Below are positions 24,241 to 38,324 of a stretch of 64,000 nucleotides of DNA, one piece after another. How positions within the stretch are numbered: position 1 is the stretch's first letter; each line of letters opens with the position of its first letter. The position numbers and the translations under genes are program-made. This stretch comes from Fimbriosthenelais zetlandica. Taxonomy: Eukaryota. Below the pieces are notes generated by a model. That model saw nothing but the letters and a program-made list of their open reading frames with translations, was not told the DNA's origin and ran no database searches. The stretch lies in NCBI GenBank assembly GCA_977030845.1, contig OZ365113.1:37014001-37078000 (forward strand), written 5' to 3'.

Positions 24241-27200
24241 CAAACGATGGCAACCAAAAGGAACAGATCGTTTTGGTATCTTTAAGGAGTGAGTGCATGA
24301 CTTGGTGACTGTGAGTAAAGTCAGTGAATGACTGGGCCTCCCACTGTACAAGCGTCTGGCCAATCCTACAACTGATGGCCTAGAGCAAGCAGGGGTAGAG
24401 TTGCCCCTGCCTCTTTCCCCTACTTTTTCACGCTCCAGAGAATCCAGCATGGAGCCTTCAGATCCGGGTGCATCTAGCTAGCTAATGTCAGGAGTAAAGT
24501 TCTGTTATATATCCCGGCTCTGGACTGAGAGGTTTCCACATGAGATGGCCCTATCCTAAGATTTTTATTCCTCAAGGTGATTTTCATATGCAGCAGTCCG
24601 TTTCAATTCACGACATTAGAGTGGAGACATTATGGGTAATGATTACTCCTGAGGTATAAAAAGTCCCGACAGAAATGAGCCAAGGTGGAGAAATGGTTGG
24701 CAAGACTAGGAGTGGAGTGGTCATTATTGTCAAATCTCAGCCTGTGTGACTCACGAATGGGGCACGAGAGGAGGTGACTCAAGGTATAGGGGCTATACCC
24801 AACGCCAACTTATTCTCAAGAGAACATACATATAAGTGTCAGTAGTCCCCCTTAAACACAGTGGTAGAGAGTATAGCCGTGTGTATACCCTCAGGGGGTG
24901 TGGAGTGGGGTGTGAGAGGAAGGGGTATAAGTTTCTACCCTATCAGATCTAGGGGGGACAGGGTGGTTGGCGAGTGGCAATGCATTAATCCTATCACAGC
25001 CACTAAAGTACCAGGGCGTCTAAAACATGTGTAGAAGGGAAAACATGAGATCTTTATGTTTTCATGATGTAACATCCATGTCATTTGGATCAGTGTCAAT
25101 GTATGTATGACCCACGGAACCCGAGTGAGGATAACGCATGGATAATGACGTTTTTGACCTCCCGGGGTCCTAGTCTTTCTGACATGCACTTTTTCTCATG
25201 CACCTATTCAGAGTGGCCTCAGTTTTTTTTTTAGTTTTTTTTTCATCTCTGGCCCTAATGTGAGCTGAATGGATTTGCACACGATATTAAAGATTAGTGT
25301 GCGTGGGAAGAATACTCAATTCCCAGGGAACATATGGGACTCATGACCTTACTATATATTATTGGGCCCACACGCTAAGGTACAATTAAAAGACTTTAGA
25401 GGCTAAAGGTGCGACTACCTCCAATACTTGGCACTGAGCTTAAAGTTAGGTGCCAAGAGAGTAAGTTAAAGACCACACCCAGTGAATGGTCAATTCACGA
25501 GGTGAAATGACCATAAAAACAACAATAATGTGAAACAATGATCCTCTTTACTTAACAACAATGAAGTTGTTACTACCAAAGAGGTACAACTCAAGGCCAA
25601 ATTTGCTGGAAGCTGGAATGCCCTAGGATCAGGGAAATTGCTCAGGTATTGGTTATTTCCTGTCGGGAAGGAGCATAACAGGTATTAATTGATTCCCAAT
25701 AGGAAAAGCCCGCAGTAGCAGGTGTTTTCACCCTGGAGTCGCCCGGTTGGTGCGGAAAAGTCGCCCGCTTGTAAAATGTCCTGTGTTTAGCACCTGTGGC
25801 TTCCAATAGCTGAGAGAGTGGACTAATAGGGCTAGACTGACTCCACGCACCACCCACGGTCCTCATTCATACCCCAGCCATCATTATTCCATTACATTAA
25901 TGCTTTTAGTCAACCCACCACAATAAAAGCCTCAATGGCTGCACCGGCTGGAAAAAACGAATCACTTTAAATGTAAAGCCACGATTTGAAGGTAATCTAT
26001 TCCAGTCAAGTCAGAGGTGCGCGACCCCCTGGCTCGTGTTTCTGTTCTGATTGGGATGATTTAACCACAGACCAATAGCGTGTTTCCTCACATGGGAACT
26101 TCTCCTTAAGCAATTGATGGGAATAAATACGTGCCATCAACGATTGTCAACATTAACTATTACCTATTATGGAGTCCAATACAAAAGCTCAAAAGGCCTT
26201 TTTACCAGGGAAAAAGCTTCCAAGAAATCGGTCCTGGACTTTTTGTATGAATATATCCCAAGTTGGGAAAATCAGGCAGAATAAGACTGAATCAGTACTT
26301 TGCACGTACACAAATGTATTCTGTTATATGTATATCTATAGGTATGAAAATGGTCAAATGACAGGTGCACGTGGCTAGCTTATTGAGTGGCAGTCGTCAG
26401 GGGTATTTTCCCCAGGCAGGGACAGGTGTAGGGGTAAGATAGTTAGTCATATCCTTTAATTACCCCTCTCAAATATCCTTGTTGGTTAAGGAATCTCTCT
26501 TCGCTATCAGTGGACAGTGGAAGATTAAAACATATGATTCCATGTCATAAAGGATTTTGTTTTGAGTTAAACTTCCCATGGTCATTCAACGCATCAATGG
26601 AGACCAATAGATCAAACAGTTCAATGAGCCCACATAATGTCTGTGTACCAGTGCCACCCATCTCCATATGGATACAGTATATATCTCAGTTAACAGAAGG
26701 TGTCTTAAATGTTGACAATCTTGTCAGTAGATTATTAGAGTTTGTCTGTGCGTGGGTTGCGTCCCTGTCACGGTCCACTGGCTCCACATCCTGGAGCAGG
26801 TGAAGCAGGTGGATTATTGGAGCCTACTCACCCTGCTGACACCCTGTATAAAGCCTGGGTAAACTCCTACCAGGCCTCCATCTAACACAACTCTCACTCC
26901 AATAATAGCCCGGATATGATTGAGGGATCACGATCAGTAACTCACATTTCTAATATAACATCCTGAAACTGTATCCACAGGTGGATTCCAGGGTATTAGG
27001 GTAAAGACACGGAGTCCATATTTCTAAGGGTAAAACCAGGGTAATCCTATTGGAACCAAGATGGAAATCCCACCAGATATTCAGGCCAAAATTAGGCTAA
27101 AGTATTGTTATCATCTGGTAATAAACGTTCCCTGATTTTCTGGTTAATATATTTGATAATCCCAATGAGTTAATAGTTGGTTAAATGCCCAATGTACAGG

Positions 27201-29073
27201 CAAAGTGGATACTGTATCCGAACGGGCTATGGGTGTTGTTCTCTTTGACCGAAATACCCAATAAATGAGCATATATATGTGGCTGTGAAACCAGTGACTT
27301 GGCAGGGTGAGTGAAGCCTCGATCAGACTGTCTATTTGAGTTCACAATACAATACGTATCAATTCCCCTCACAGAATGATGGCAGATGAAGCATGACCAA
27401 GATACCGGCCAATCCTTCACGTTCATGCCTCCATAGCCACAGCTCGTTTATTACTTGGTTCCAGTCCAAATGCATGGATTGGCGAGCATGGTTGGGGAGT
27501 GTGTGTGAACTGTACAGGTCTGGAGGCAGGTAGTGGTCATAAGTCTCACCTGTACTAAACTATACCTGACCTTATCATTCATACAGGTGTTCATGTTTAT
27601 ACCTTCTCACCAACCAAGAAATAGTTAGCACACAATGCCATGTGGTGGTATGGTAATGCTAGCAGTCATGCTACTCGTTATGATGGTATTTACACGAGCT
27701 ATACGGAATGTCTACTCACCATCACTCGTGGATTCATTACACCTCTCACCTGGAATCTATAGCATGTGTGTGTAGCATACAAATAGATGTCTGCTACCTT
27801 GATTTATTTACCTTAGTAAATCATTCCCTCCTGGAAATGGCCATTTCTATGACATACGAGTACACATTTAATTTCACTGAGTGTTTCTCATCAACAGAAC
27901 AAATTTTGAACCTACATTAGTGTCGTTTTGTCATTCTATGGCATTTGTTTTGATTTCCATGTATTTAAGACCAAAATTGTTAGTACCTTTAGATTAGGAT
28001 ACTTCACCATTCAATCACTGGAATCTATAGGGCACGTGTTGTGCCTACAAAATGACTACCAGCAACATTTATCTCCCCCCCCCCACTCATCCATCATCTG
28101 TATTAATCATTCTATGCCAATTTCTCATTAGCTATGAGTAAAAAATTTTAAGTAAATGAATCTTCTATCAACTTTGAATCGATTAATATTGTTTTAAGGG
28201 TCAGAACGTTTAAGTCAACAAAGATTTGTCAAAGACAAAGATGCAGCTAATTCCAATGTTCTAATTGGATTTAGGGAAGTTTCCAAATATTTTCACTTGA
28301 ATCTCATCTCATTCCTTTGAAATCAGTGATTTGAAATTCAAATATGGGGACATAACATCGGGTAGGACGGTGACTTGATTAATTTGACATCAGTATTGCC
28401 ACCTATACCAGTGTGATGTTAGATCTATTTTCCACCTATATATCTCAGCCTATAATATATGTATATTCAGGAGACAGAACCAGCGGGGGATTAAATGTGT
28501 AAAAGGTTAGGTCGACTTGTGGGTGATCAGGTTTGACTATAGATCTTGTAGAGGGTGAGGCGGTGAGAGTGAATGGTCAGTTGACGGCCCTCATCTCTCC
28601 TATCAATGACTATTCACTCCAGGTGACCAAGCCTTGCTCCAGGGCCTTACATCAGTACCACTAGCTCCTCCTACCGTCACTGTCTTCACTTAATGACCAT
28701 AGAGCATGGCCCTTCAAGGCCCTTAGCAAGCACTCGGCCCAAGGTCTACAATAAATAAAAGAGAGGTGCTGTCCTCTTTTGTGACATCATTAACTTTTCT
28801 TTTAGTACCCTGAAAGAGTACACACATATGCAAATGATTGCCGTTAGCCCGAGGGCATGTATGTATCCCGAGTGGCAACATATTGAACCGATTCTAACAC
28901 TGGAGGAAAGGATAAGGAAGACCTTTAAGAACAGTTGTAAAGGCATATAAAACACGTTTAAATGGTATCAGATAAGAACTGTAGGCTACATATACTGTTA
29001 GAACTTAGTGCTCAAATATGCAAAATCCTAAGAGAAATATCAAGAAAAACCATTGCTATCAATTTGAATATTT

Positions 29074-29160
29074 CGCCGCCATGTTTTTAAATCGCACCAG
29101 GAAGTGACGTCGCACCAGGAAGTGACGTTGTATGTGCTGCTGATCAACTCTGACCAATCA
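29074..29160 (-). promoter_or_regulatory. Promoter-like motif cluster: CCAAT, two ETS-CRE composites, YY1
   Basis: tgaccaatca (29151-29160); 18-bp tandem cgcaccaggaagtgacgt x2 (29093-29128); cgccgccatgtt (29074-29085). Confidence 0.4.
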
Positions 29161-32100
29161 GAGGTCAGCAATCCCTGCTTGCTAGCGTCGCTCTGTGTCC
29201 CATATCCCTTTAAGACCTGCAGTTCTATGTTAACTGTCCTTTTCGGTACATAATGGTTTATTAAACATTATGCTGTGGTATTTTAAACATCATTGTGGGT
29301 AGATGTATGAGGGCTGGTAGGGGATGTGAGTCAGTGGGGAATGGATCCAGAGCAGGTGTGGGTGGACTATGTTCAATACAAATACAACATGATGTATGCT
29401 GTATGTAGAGTGGTACAATAGATGAGGTAGTGAGGGGCGGGCGACAGGTGGGTCATGTCAAATTACTGTTATGGCAACGTAACAAAGCGCCAGCTTCATT
29501 AAAATTTAAAACCAATGGGTCATTTTGTTTGGGAAAGCGACGGAAATTGTTTTTCAACGAGGCAATTGAAAGGTTAAAATGGAGGTACATTAACCAACAT
29601 TGAAAATGCACTGAGAATGAAATGCCAAGCTGACTTTTCCATACATATCAACATACCATATATAAGCTTGTTTATTAGACGTATTGAACCGAATTGATAG
29701 GTTAATGGATCTACATTTCATGTTTGCAGAGATGATCAGAACATCTGGCTTTCAGCCAAAGGAGTCAATATAGGCAATTATTAAATATCATACACCCAGA
29801 TCCAAGCTAATGTTCAAAGCCAATGCTTTTCTAGTTACTGGGGAGGATCGGGAATAAAGCTAATGAAAATATTGCTTTTGCCAATAATGACTGATTAAGG
29901 ATCGATCCAATTTGTCTCATTTCATCGGGCACGGGCTTACCCCAGGACCTTTTAAACAATCAACAATGCCAATCTTTTGGGGATGAAAAAGATCACAGAG
30001 CCCGAATTAGAAAGCGTTTGTTTTTGTAACAAATGAGGAGGAATTACTGGCTCATTCATTGTCTCTGTCATGTCATGGTAACTACTCATGAAAGTGAACC
30101 AGACGTGGCATCAATATTTCCTCATCTCAATGTACCCCCCCCCCCCCCCCCCACACACACCCCCGCTCTCCGCATCCCATTCTAGAGATACTTAAGGGGA
30201 GGTTGGATCCAAATTAAGGAATCAATCACCACGAAGAATCAATTTTAATATCAGATGTCAATTTCTGAAGACTGAAGGTTGTAGCCATAGAATATAGCAG
30301 TTGTACAACAGCCTAAAACAGGGCGTTGTACAACAAGGGCGAGGGTACCTCTTTGAAATTGCATAGTAGAAGTGCCGTTTCCTCTTTGATTTCTTCAGCG
30401 AGGATCCAAATCCTTTCAAAATATGCACAAACTTTGCAATTTACACCCTCCTCATTTAGGAGACGAGGGCTAACGTGCCCCTCGAACCCTCGTCAACTTT
30501 CGCCCAAACTTGAATAATAAGGTAAATGGGGATATAGGATATGTTGTAGCAATGAGTATAGATACTTGTTGGTTGTAGAAGGTGACACATTCCATGAAGG
30601 GGAGTCAGAAAGAGGAGACAATGTAAGTGATGATAGCCATCTGGAGACTGAACCCAGTCTAATCCCAAGATATCACTTTCAAAAGACAAATATGGAAAAA
30701 AATATCCTCAGATTCTTCACTATTCGTGACTTGCTTTGTTCTCTCTATAGGCCATTCCAACACATATAAAAGATTCATTATACTATTAAGCAGACAAAGC
30801 ATTGTTATGCCATGGATCATCTATAATTTAAGACTGACAGACAAACGGAGCAACGACTGATCTATAAGTCTTGTATTATTGAGGCCGTTCAACACGAAAT
30901 GTATTTCATAATTTAATGAACTAAGGTGACATATTAGTCATTAAAACCGCACTTGTTGACAAGAAAGGACATTGAAAACTAAAAACATAGAAGGATAGTT
31001 CCCGGTGTTCCTGGGAAGTATTTCATTGATATTCTTGTCATATAAACTAACTAAAACACCGTAGCGTGGCACCAAAAGGTTCTGCTGCTTTCTTAGAAAG
31101 AACTCCATTGATTTTTCACCTAGATTAGAGGAAAGGGGTGTTTCTAAGTTTGGTCTAGAGTCTTTAGTTCTAACCAAGAGAGCACTTCAATCTCTAAAGG
31201 GTCACACTCTGCTTTGCTCCACACTTTTTTCAGAAACTTAACTTTCAAAGGATTGAGAAGGCCTTCTTTTTCATGGAAAACTTTTTCCAGTCTAGAGATT
31301 AAGGGGTGCAGGGTTGCCTTGGCCAGTTTCAGTGTAAGATACCTCGCCGGGTCACATCATATTCCTGAATAAGATCGATCAGATATGACCTGGCCATTAT
31401 CCGCCAGAAATAGCGCTCTACGGGAAATCACAACCGAACATTCATCATCTGAAAAGCTTGTCCGGGATAACAATATCATAAAAAGGACAGTATAAGTGGC
31501 CGAAAAAAAATGGGAGCTTTTGAAGTAACAGGAGCTAAGAAGGAGAGTAAAAAACTTGGACTTGTTCATTTTTCTGTCAAACAGGGATTTGAGTTCTGGG
31601 TAAATCCTAACGGCAAATCTCCACACTAAATTGGCCGGTGGAAATCCGAATTTCCATGTATAACCAACGTCATATCTATCATGTTTAAATTTACATTTAA
31701 AGCCTATGAGGTCAACAACGGTCATGAAATCTCGATATATCCACATATTCTAGGAAAATGCTTGGCTCGATAATCTACATTATTTTTCTATATTATCCAT
31801 ATCCATGGATTAGAAGGTGAGAACAGGTAGAAGGGGTAAGATTATAGGTTAAGTCAGGACAAATACCTTCCAGACACGAGGGTATAGCAAATTCCGAGCA
31901 TATAAGTCTTAATATTTGAATTCAGACTAAGCTCTAACATATGTGTTTAGATATGTGAGTCAATGATTGCAGGTCAGAAAGTGACTGAGCAGATTGTAGC
32001 AGGAACGAGCTGATATAGACTTTGTTCCGTAATTAGGCGATTCATGTTCGTTTTAATTATTGTCAACAAGTCATGGCGATACACATGTCGCTTCTAATAG

Positions 32101-33727
32101 AGCAAAGGGGGCTCAACCCTTAATTAATCCCATGACTACCTAATAGGATAATGAGGCGAGGGTGTTTACCTTAATATTTCAGTATTAATTTAGGGTTAGC
32201 GTCATTATTCTCAGAGGCCCTTTTTCAATTTCAAAAGCCATAATGGAATTAATAGCTCATATATGCCTCTGACACCGAGTTATATTAATGAAGTTGTCAT
32301 CTTTTAATAGCCTATATAGGAGAGGAAATCCCTATTCATTACTCAGTAATTGTTTATGATTAATGTGTTTACATGGGATTTCCTGGAGCTTTCCCCTTTG
32401 CCAATTGTCATAAATAATGAAGTACGCAGATTGCATGCGTCCTATATACCAATAACAGGCTGAATAGGCTGTCAGTGAGTTATGGCAGGAACAGACTGCA
32501 AACGCCTCTGGTTGCTTCCCTTTCTTGTAATGCAACTTTAGAAAAAAAACGCCTGCAATCGAGCGCACCTAATTGAGATTCATAGGCTATGCGTTTGCAT
32601 GATTTAGGCGCACTCTCTCAGCTAGCAGTGCAAAAAGAGAAGTGATTCTATATAGGCCGGTGATTCTATAAAAAGAAGTCGCCTGTGCCAAGATTGCCAC
32701 TGCTGCCACAAAAACGCTCTGGTTTGTTCAAGGCATTACAGTATCATTCAATGATATGACTTATTGTATCATTCAACGTTTTGTTTGACCCTAAACCTCA
32801 AAGATATATTGACTGAGATAAATGACTTATCAAGATAGATCACGTACGGGCTATTAATTAATCATCCAATTAATAAAGCAAACAGAACGGGATAATATGT
32901 GACTGCCAATAGGTCAGGTCACGGCAGACAACTATCCCTAACCTTTATTCAATGTTCAGTTTCATTCAGTTCAGCCCAAAAATTGACTCTAAAGGTATGT
33001 ACTCTCAGGTAACTAGATGACCTAATATTGAGCAATCACAAAGAAGCATGGAATGTGATTTGAATAGTTGTGCAACTGGCGAATAAAGAGTTAGTTATTA
33101 GTGAAGGAGGGAGTGAGTAATTTTAGAATGGGTTAATGATATGGTCCCACCTTGGGACCTCCCACCTGAGGCTTTAACCCCACAGGGTGTTTATTTGAGG
33201 GCCTTTATTAGAGGGTAAGGCCCTTCACTGTATGATTCCATACTCATCCATCATCCTCATTCTCCACTAGTGGCCTACACATCTGAAGGACTTGGGAGGT
33301 AAGGGGAAAATACAGCCTTCACCTTTAAAATCCACTTGAGATTTTCTCATGGAAATGATGGAGGGCCTAAGAGGAAATCACTATGTTTATAAATTGTAGG
33401 TCTTCTAAAAATATGGCTGGCAAACGCCAACCATAAAATTCAGCGAGCTTAAATGAGCACCCAGAGTCCATAACCCTATAATTTATCCTGATAGATTGAT
33501 TGGTTTTTAAAGTAGAAATGAAATATTTAGATCCTTAAAGCTATGAATGGCTGAAATAAAGAGATATGACATACAAAATTCACATTCATTGAACAAATAA
33601 ACAATGCCAATGGCCCCTGTTACAAGCAAAACTTAAACAGAAATATCTTTCAATCAAACTTCGCTTCAAGCACAATTTGCAATTAATGATCATGTTCAAA
33701 TGTAAGTTCAAACATATCTATAGGTAA

Positions 33728-33906
33728 AAGGGGACCCTACTATCGCGATAGACAACTAAGGTAATCATTAATATAGCTTATGCGACAGAGAAACCATGAA
33801 CAACGTAGCTAAAATGTATTTACATTCAAATTTTGGCTTCATTTCAGGGGTTTTCTAACCTATACCTTTGCTATCTTAGTTGTTTATCGTGATGGTGGAG
33901 GCTGTT
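33728..33906. mobile_element. MITE family B, about 140 bp from the WW1 exon donor
   Basis: TAA|aaggggaccctactatcgcgatagacaactaag ... cttagttgtttatcgtgatggtggaggctgtt|TTA. Confidence 0.7.
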
Positions 33907-34046
33907 TTAGTCCAGATCTTGTCTTCTTTGCACACACAAAGTAACAAAAAATAAGATATTAGTGAGTGATTTGAACTTCTAGCAGGTGCCATGGTGAGAT
34001 AAAGTAATAATAAGTGATATAAAGCTGGTTAACGTACTCAGATTAC

Positions 34047-34126
34047 CTTCGTCGTCACATTCCTCCAAATTCTTTTGTAACTTTGGGAGGCGCGGGTCGA
34101 GCCAATGGGTCGTCTCGTTGTTGTGA
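34047..34126 (-). CDS. MAGI: MAGI-family internal exon: second half of WW1 and WW1-WW2 linker (phase 2-1, 80 bp)
   Basis: Acceptor tttttcag|T and donor G|gtaatc. Translates (D)HNNETTHWLDPRLPKLQKNLEECDDE, completing WW1 (W...YF.DH..TTHWLDP). Confidence 0.92.
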
Positions 34127-37100
34127 CTGAAAAATAAATGATTTTCTATAAAAATGTCTGTTTTTTTCATCACTTTTCAAAATAAAAACCATTAGATCAA
34201 TACTAAGGAACCCACTAATGTTCAGGATAGGGTTTTAGTATCATTTGATTTGGGGAGAAGGGCCTAACGGCAATTATAATCTTGGGCAGAAAAATAGGGA
34301 AAATAGAAAAGGAAAATAAGTAAGTAGCTCTAAAGAACTAATCAACATAATATTGCTTTATCATGTCGATTTTTATCATATTTTTATGATGTTCCTGACT
34401 TTAAAAAATAAAATCGTTTTCCTGACACTTTCCGAAACAGTGGGAACCCTGATTACACACAATTTGAATAATAGAATGTTTCAGTTATCTTTTCCTTATC
34501 TAAACAACAATTTTCACTTTAAATTTGAGCAAATTTACATGAAATAAATATGGAAAATAACAGAGAATCGCGTGGGCGAGCGATTCGTGTGTGGAAGCAA
34601 ATTTAGACCAATTCAATTTGTCGCCTCATCAGAAGTTAGTGATGTGATAATGACAATCGTCCCTTACAGAAAAACTGATTCAGTCGGAGTTCAATAAAAA
34701 GATTCCTATTCTTTGTACCACATCAGACCGACTACAAACGGAGCCCGTTTCAACAGGACCAGCAATACTTTAGTGAAACAGGTTCAAGATCGCGGCAACC
34801 CGAACTAGGAAGAGGATCTGTATAGGCCCTAATTTAAATCAAAATCGACATATTTAAACAGGGTCAATTGGCCACATTCTTGGGACATTTTTCTCCAACT
34901 TACTTTCCAAAAGTACCATTAATGTACTGAAAAGTAGGGGCAATGCTAGTTCTTACCATCACCCGAATTCTTCTCTCAGACCCAAATTTCTACCCTGGCC
35001 ACCATCATGGACCCCTACCCTGCCAGAACTACTGACCACTGGTGCTAAACAGGCTTACAAAGTAAAGGGAGGCCATGCAAATGAGATGATGAGGTCATTT
35101 TGTCCCCCTCTTTGACCGATCAATCAAGTCTTAAACATTTGTTGCCCGGTCGGCCCGACAGAGGCGCCACGTAGTGGGTGAAGCGTGTACTATCATCTGA
35201 ACCTCACATAGTGGAAAAAAAGGCCAGAAAAAGAATTAAAGGACTTCGACCCTAAAGTGGCGACATTGTACGTGAATAAATTGTCTCTAGTAAATTAGAC
35301 CCAGCGGGCTAAGCCCAGGGTAGAGGGGAATAATCTTTTATGCAGTTTTTCCCACTCACTAAATGTTCAGGGATTTTTGAAGTAAAAACTACCAACATTA
35401 ACATCTCAAAAGGGGCATAAAAATCAATGAACGGTTTTTGAGGTCTGAGACTGATCACACTAAAAATTATAAAACGTTGCACATGGAAAACAATTCCTAT
35501 GACAAAGTTCTTGATTCATGGCATACAAAAGTTCCGGACTTGTGAAGAGAACTTTGGACGTTTCTAATCACCAAGCTTGACTACCAGAAAGAGACAAGGG
35601 CATTGCGTGAACTAATCAAATGAGCGAGATTCATTTTCATCAGGACAAAACAAAATAATTTGTGGATTATCCGTCCATGAGAATTAAACAAATCTCTTGG
35701 GTAGCAAATCCTCATTTCAGATGCGTGTCCAAAGGACACAAAGCCCTCTAGTGAGAAATTGCTAAACTGACCTATTGAGGTGGAATCAGTTGGCCTTAAC
35801 GTTGTAACTGATCAGGCAGACCGTGCTCTGAATTTTACCTTTTTTACGGGGTGTCTCAGGGGGTAAAACTGATGAGATTTATGTTTGAGTTTGTTCTCTA
35901 GAGACCTGAGTTAGGTGACGGTTATTTCTTGTGTACCGAGTTGTTGCCTTAATAGCCCGGCAGCACAAAGGTTCTAATTTAGTCCATTGTTTCAGAGAAT
36001 TGAATAGTAGCTATGAATACCAGCATCAATATCACTTCCTCTTCGTCTCAAAACAGCAGCCGAACCAGGATTTTTGAAGGGGGTCTATCTTTCAATAGGC
36101 GGGGGTCCAGTTTCCAGAATTGTGGCCAAACATATTTATTATTTGAGCGACAAAAAGTTATCTCCGAAAGGGTGCACTTCACCACCTGCATTTCGCAATG
36201 TAAATACATTTTGGATCCAAGTATTGTGCAAATCAATTTATGGTCCCAAACCTACTTGAAGGAAATATAAAACCAATTTCCCAAGCATGCAATATAAGTA
36301 CCCGAAATCGAAATTGATGAGAAAACTTTTATCCAAAGAAGGAACATTCTAGGGTCATTTATAAACTGTATGTGGAGACGAAAACAAAAGAGCATTTCTG
36401 AAGAAAGGAATGCTCACAGCCTAATTAGGGATGCCAGTTGAGTTTGAAAAGAACGAAATTGCAGTATTTGAGTGGGAAATACTAGTAGTTAGTGTGTGGG
36501 TGGGATATTTTAGGAGGGGGATGGACACTACAAAATGCTGTTATCAGCGGATCATCCATAAAATTATTTCATTTCAATTAATGTTAGGAAACAAAGGACA
36601 ATCCAGCAAACAAAGGACAATGGAACTCTCGATAAAATCATTCAGTACTAGTGGGAGGGGGTGCTTTACAAGTCACATGATCATTGAAATTATGGGATGC
36701 CCCCAACTATTCTCCCTGGTAAGTAATCACTTCATAATGTATTGATTTCCAGCGGATTCCAGAGTCTTTTCGTAACATTTGCTATCTCTCCCAATCGGGG
36801 ATAACCCATGGAACTCTTCAATGTTTGAGGTAAGAAACGTCACTTCCGGTATCCCCGATTGGAGAATTGATGATTCCATAACTTTTGCACAACTTTCATT
36901 AACCGTTTTCCCCCAAAAAAATGTTCCAAAAACGGTAGTAACCCTGCACAATGTATCGTAGAAGTCTATCGGGGTATTGGGGGCACCTCATAAATGAAAA
37001 CTTACTCTGGGCTTATCTTGTAGCAGACAACGGCACAGATACAATGATGGCATCATTTTCCAAACACATCGCCCCAGGGAAGGAAACAAGAGGTTGTACA

Positions 37101-37769
37101 TGTAAATAAAACAACCCATACATCTACCCATACCCCAGCTGCTCACTGCTCGAACAAGCACTGAAAAAAACTGGCTAATTTCCTCTGACTGTCACAAGTT
37201 TTTTTTAGGAGAAGGTGGCTGTTTCTGCAGCCTTTTGGTGCTGTTTTTTCAGCCTTCTTCTTTACTTGATGATGGGAGAATATATGAATATAGTCAACAT
37301 TGTGTCTTCAGTCCGTATAAGTGAGGAGAGAAGTGCTACCGGGTTAATCCATATGCTTCCTATGTATATATACCATATAAAGTTTCCCCAGACAGCTAGG
37401 GCCTGCCACGAGGTGAAACAACAGACTTATCCCATTTCCCTCCTGTCATATTTTTTCTGCTTAAAGTAGCTAACGTAGATAGGCATGTAGGGGTTCTAAA
37501 GCCAGGCAATATCCGTGTTGAACTGTTGGACTTCCGTTGAAGTCTAAGATTTGGACGAGATATATTTGGAAATTCTCTTATCAGATACTTTTTCTAGAAG
37601 GCCTTTTTTGATTTCCCCCTTTCATGGTTATCAACAACCAGGGTGTTTTGGGACTTTTGGTGTTTTGGGAAAATTGGTGTCTTTAGCACTTTTTGCTAAA
37701 AGAAATTTGTAGCTAGAGTGAGCCCAGGTAAAAACTTACCAGACTCAACCAATCCACAAAGCTACTTAC

Positions 37770-38085
37770 TCAATAAAGTAGACAGTGCCATCATCTGTGA
37801 ACGACATTTCCCAGTTATCCGGTAGGGGACCAAGACTAGAATTGCTTTGGGCTCTCTCCAGGGACCTCTTGCGCTGTGTGGGGGCAGTGGAGTCGTCTGC
37901 TGACATATTGGTGGGGTAGGTGGCCGATGTTTTGGCCGTCGTCTCAATGTTGGAGCGGTTCCTCCGTCGCTTGCCTTCTGATGAGGCATGTTGACCAGGG
38001 AGCAGCTGACCAGTTGAGTTTGTTCGTCGGAACGGGGATGGACCAGAAGGTTCCTTGGGTGGCTTGGGTGTTCCATAGTGGTTTC
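37770..38085 (-). CDS. MAGI: MAGI-family internal exon: end of GK domain, linker, first half of WW1 (phase 1-2, 316 bp)
   Basis: Acceptor tacctttcag|GA and donor GA|gtaagt. Translates (G)NHYGTPKPPKEPSGPS...EGKRRRNRSN...LGPLPDNWEMSFTDDGTVYFI(D). In frame with the 39731-39850 exon. Confidence 0.95.
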
Positions 38086-38142
38086 CTGAAAGGTACAATG
38101 CGAAACCATTAAATTTCAGAATAAGCATAAATGGCACTACTT

Positions 38143-38324
38143 CAGGGATGAAAGACGACCAATGAAAAGAAACTGAGAGTATTTGGAGGACCGACACCAG
38201 CATATAATAAGAAATAAGAAACCATTTTTGCGCCTTTCAGGATGCGACAGGTAGATTTTCCCCAAATTTCCCAGATTATGAAAAAACCTGAAATCAGTAG
38301 TTATAAGGAGGACTGCCATCCCTG
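38143..38324. mobile_element. Possible hAT-type MITE about 60 bp upstream of the WW1 exon acceptor
   Basis: Termini cagggatgaaag / ctgccatccctg (CAGGG... ends typical of hAT). No clean 8-bp TSD. Confidence 0.45.

Noticed and set aside
30326-31770. Several short ORFs suggesting a decayed element or endogenous viral fragment
   Set aside because: Mixed strands and no recognisable motif; it would need a translated homology search.
34700-37050. Coding-like intronic stretch, with PKTVVTLHNVS faintly like L1/Tx1 ORF1 and ISYNVK like an endonuclease start
   Set aside because: The two hints lie on opposite strands and no further motifs were found, so I cannot support a family call.
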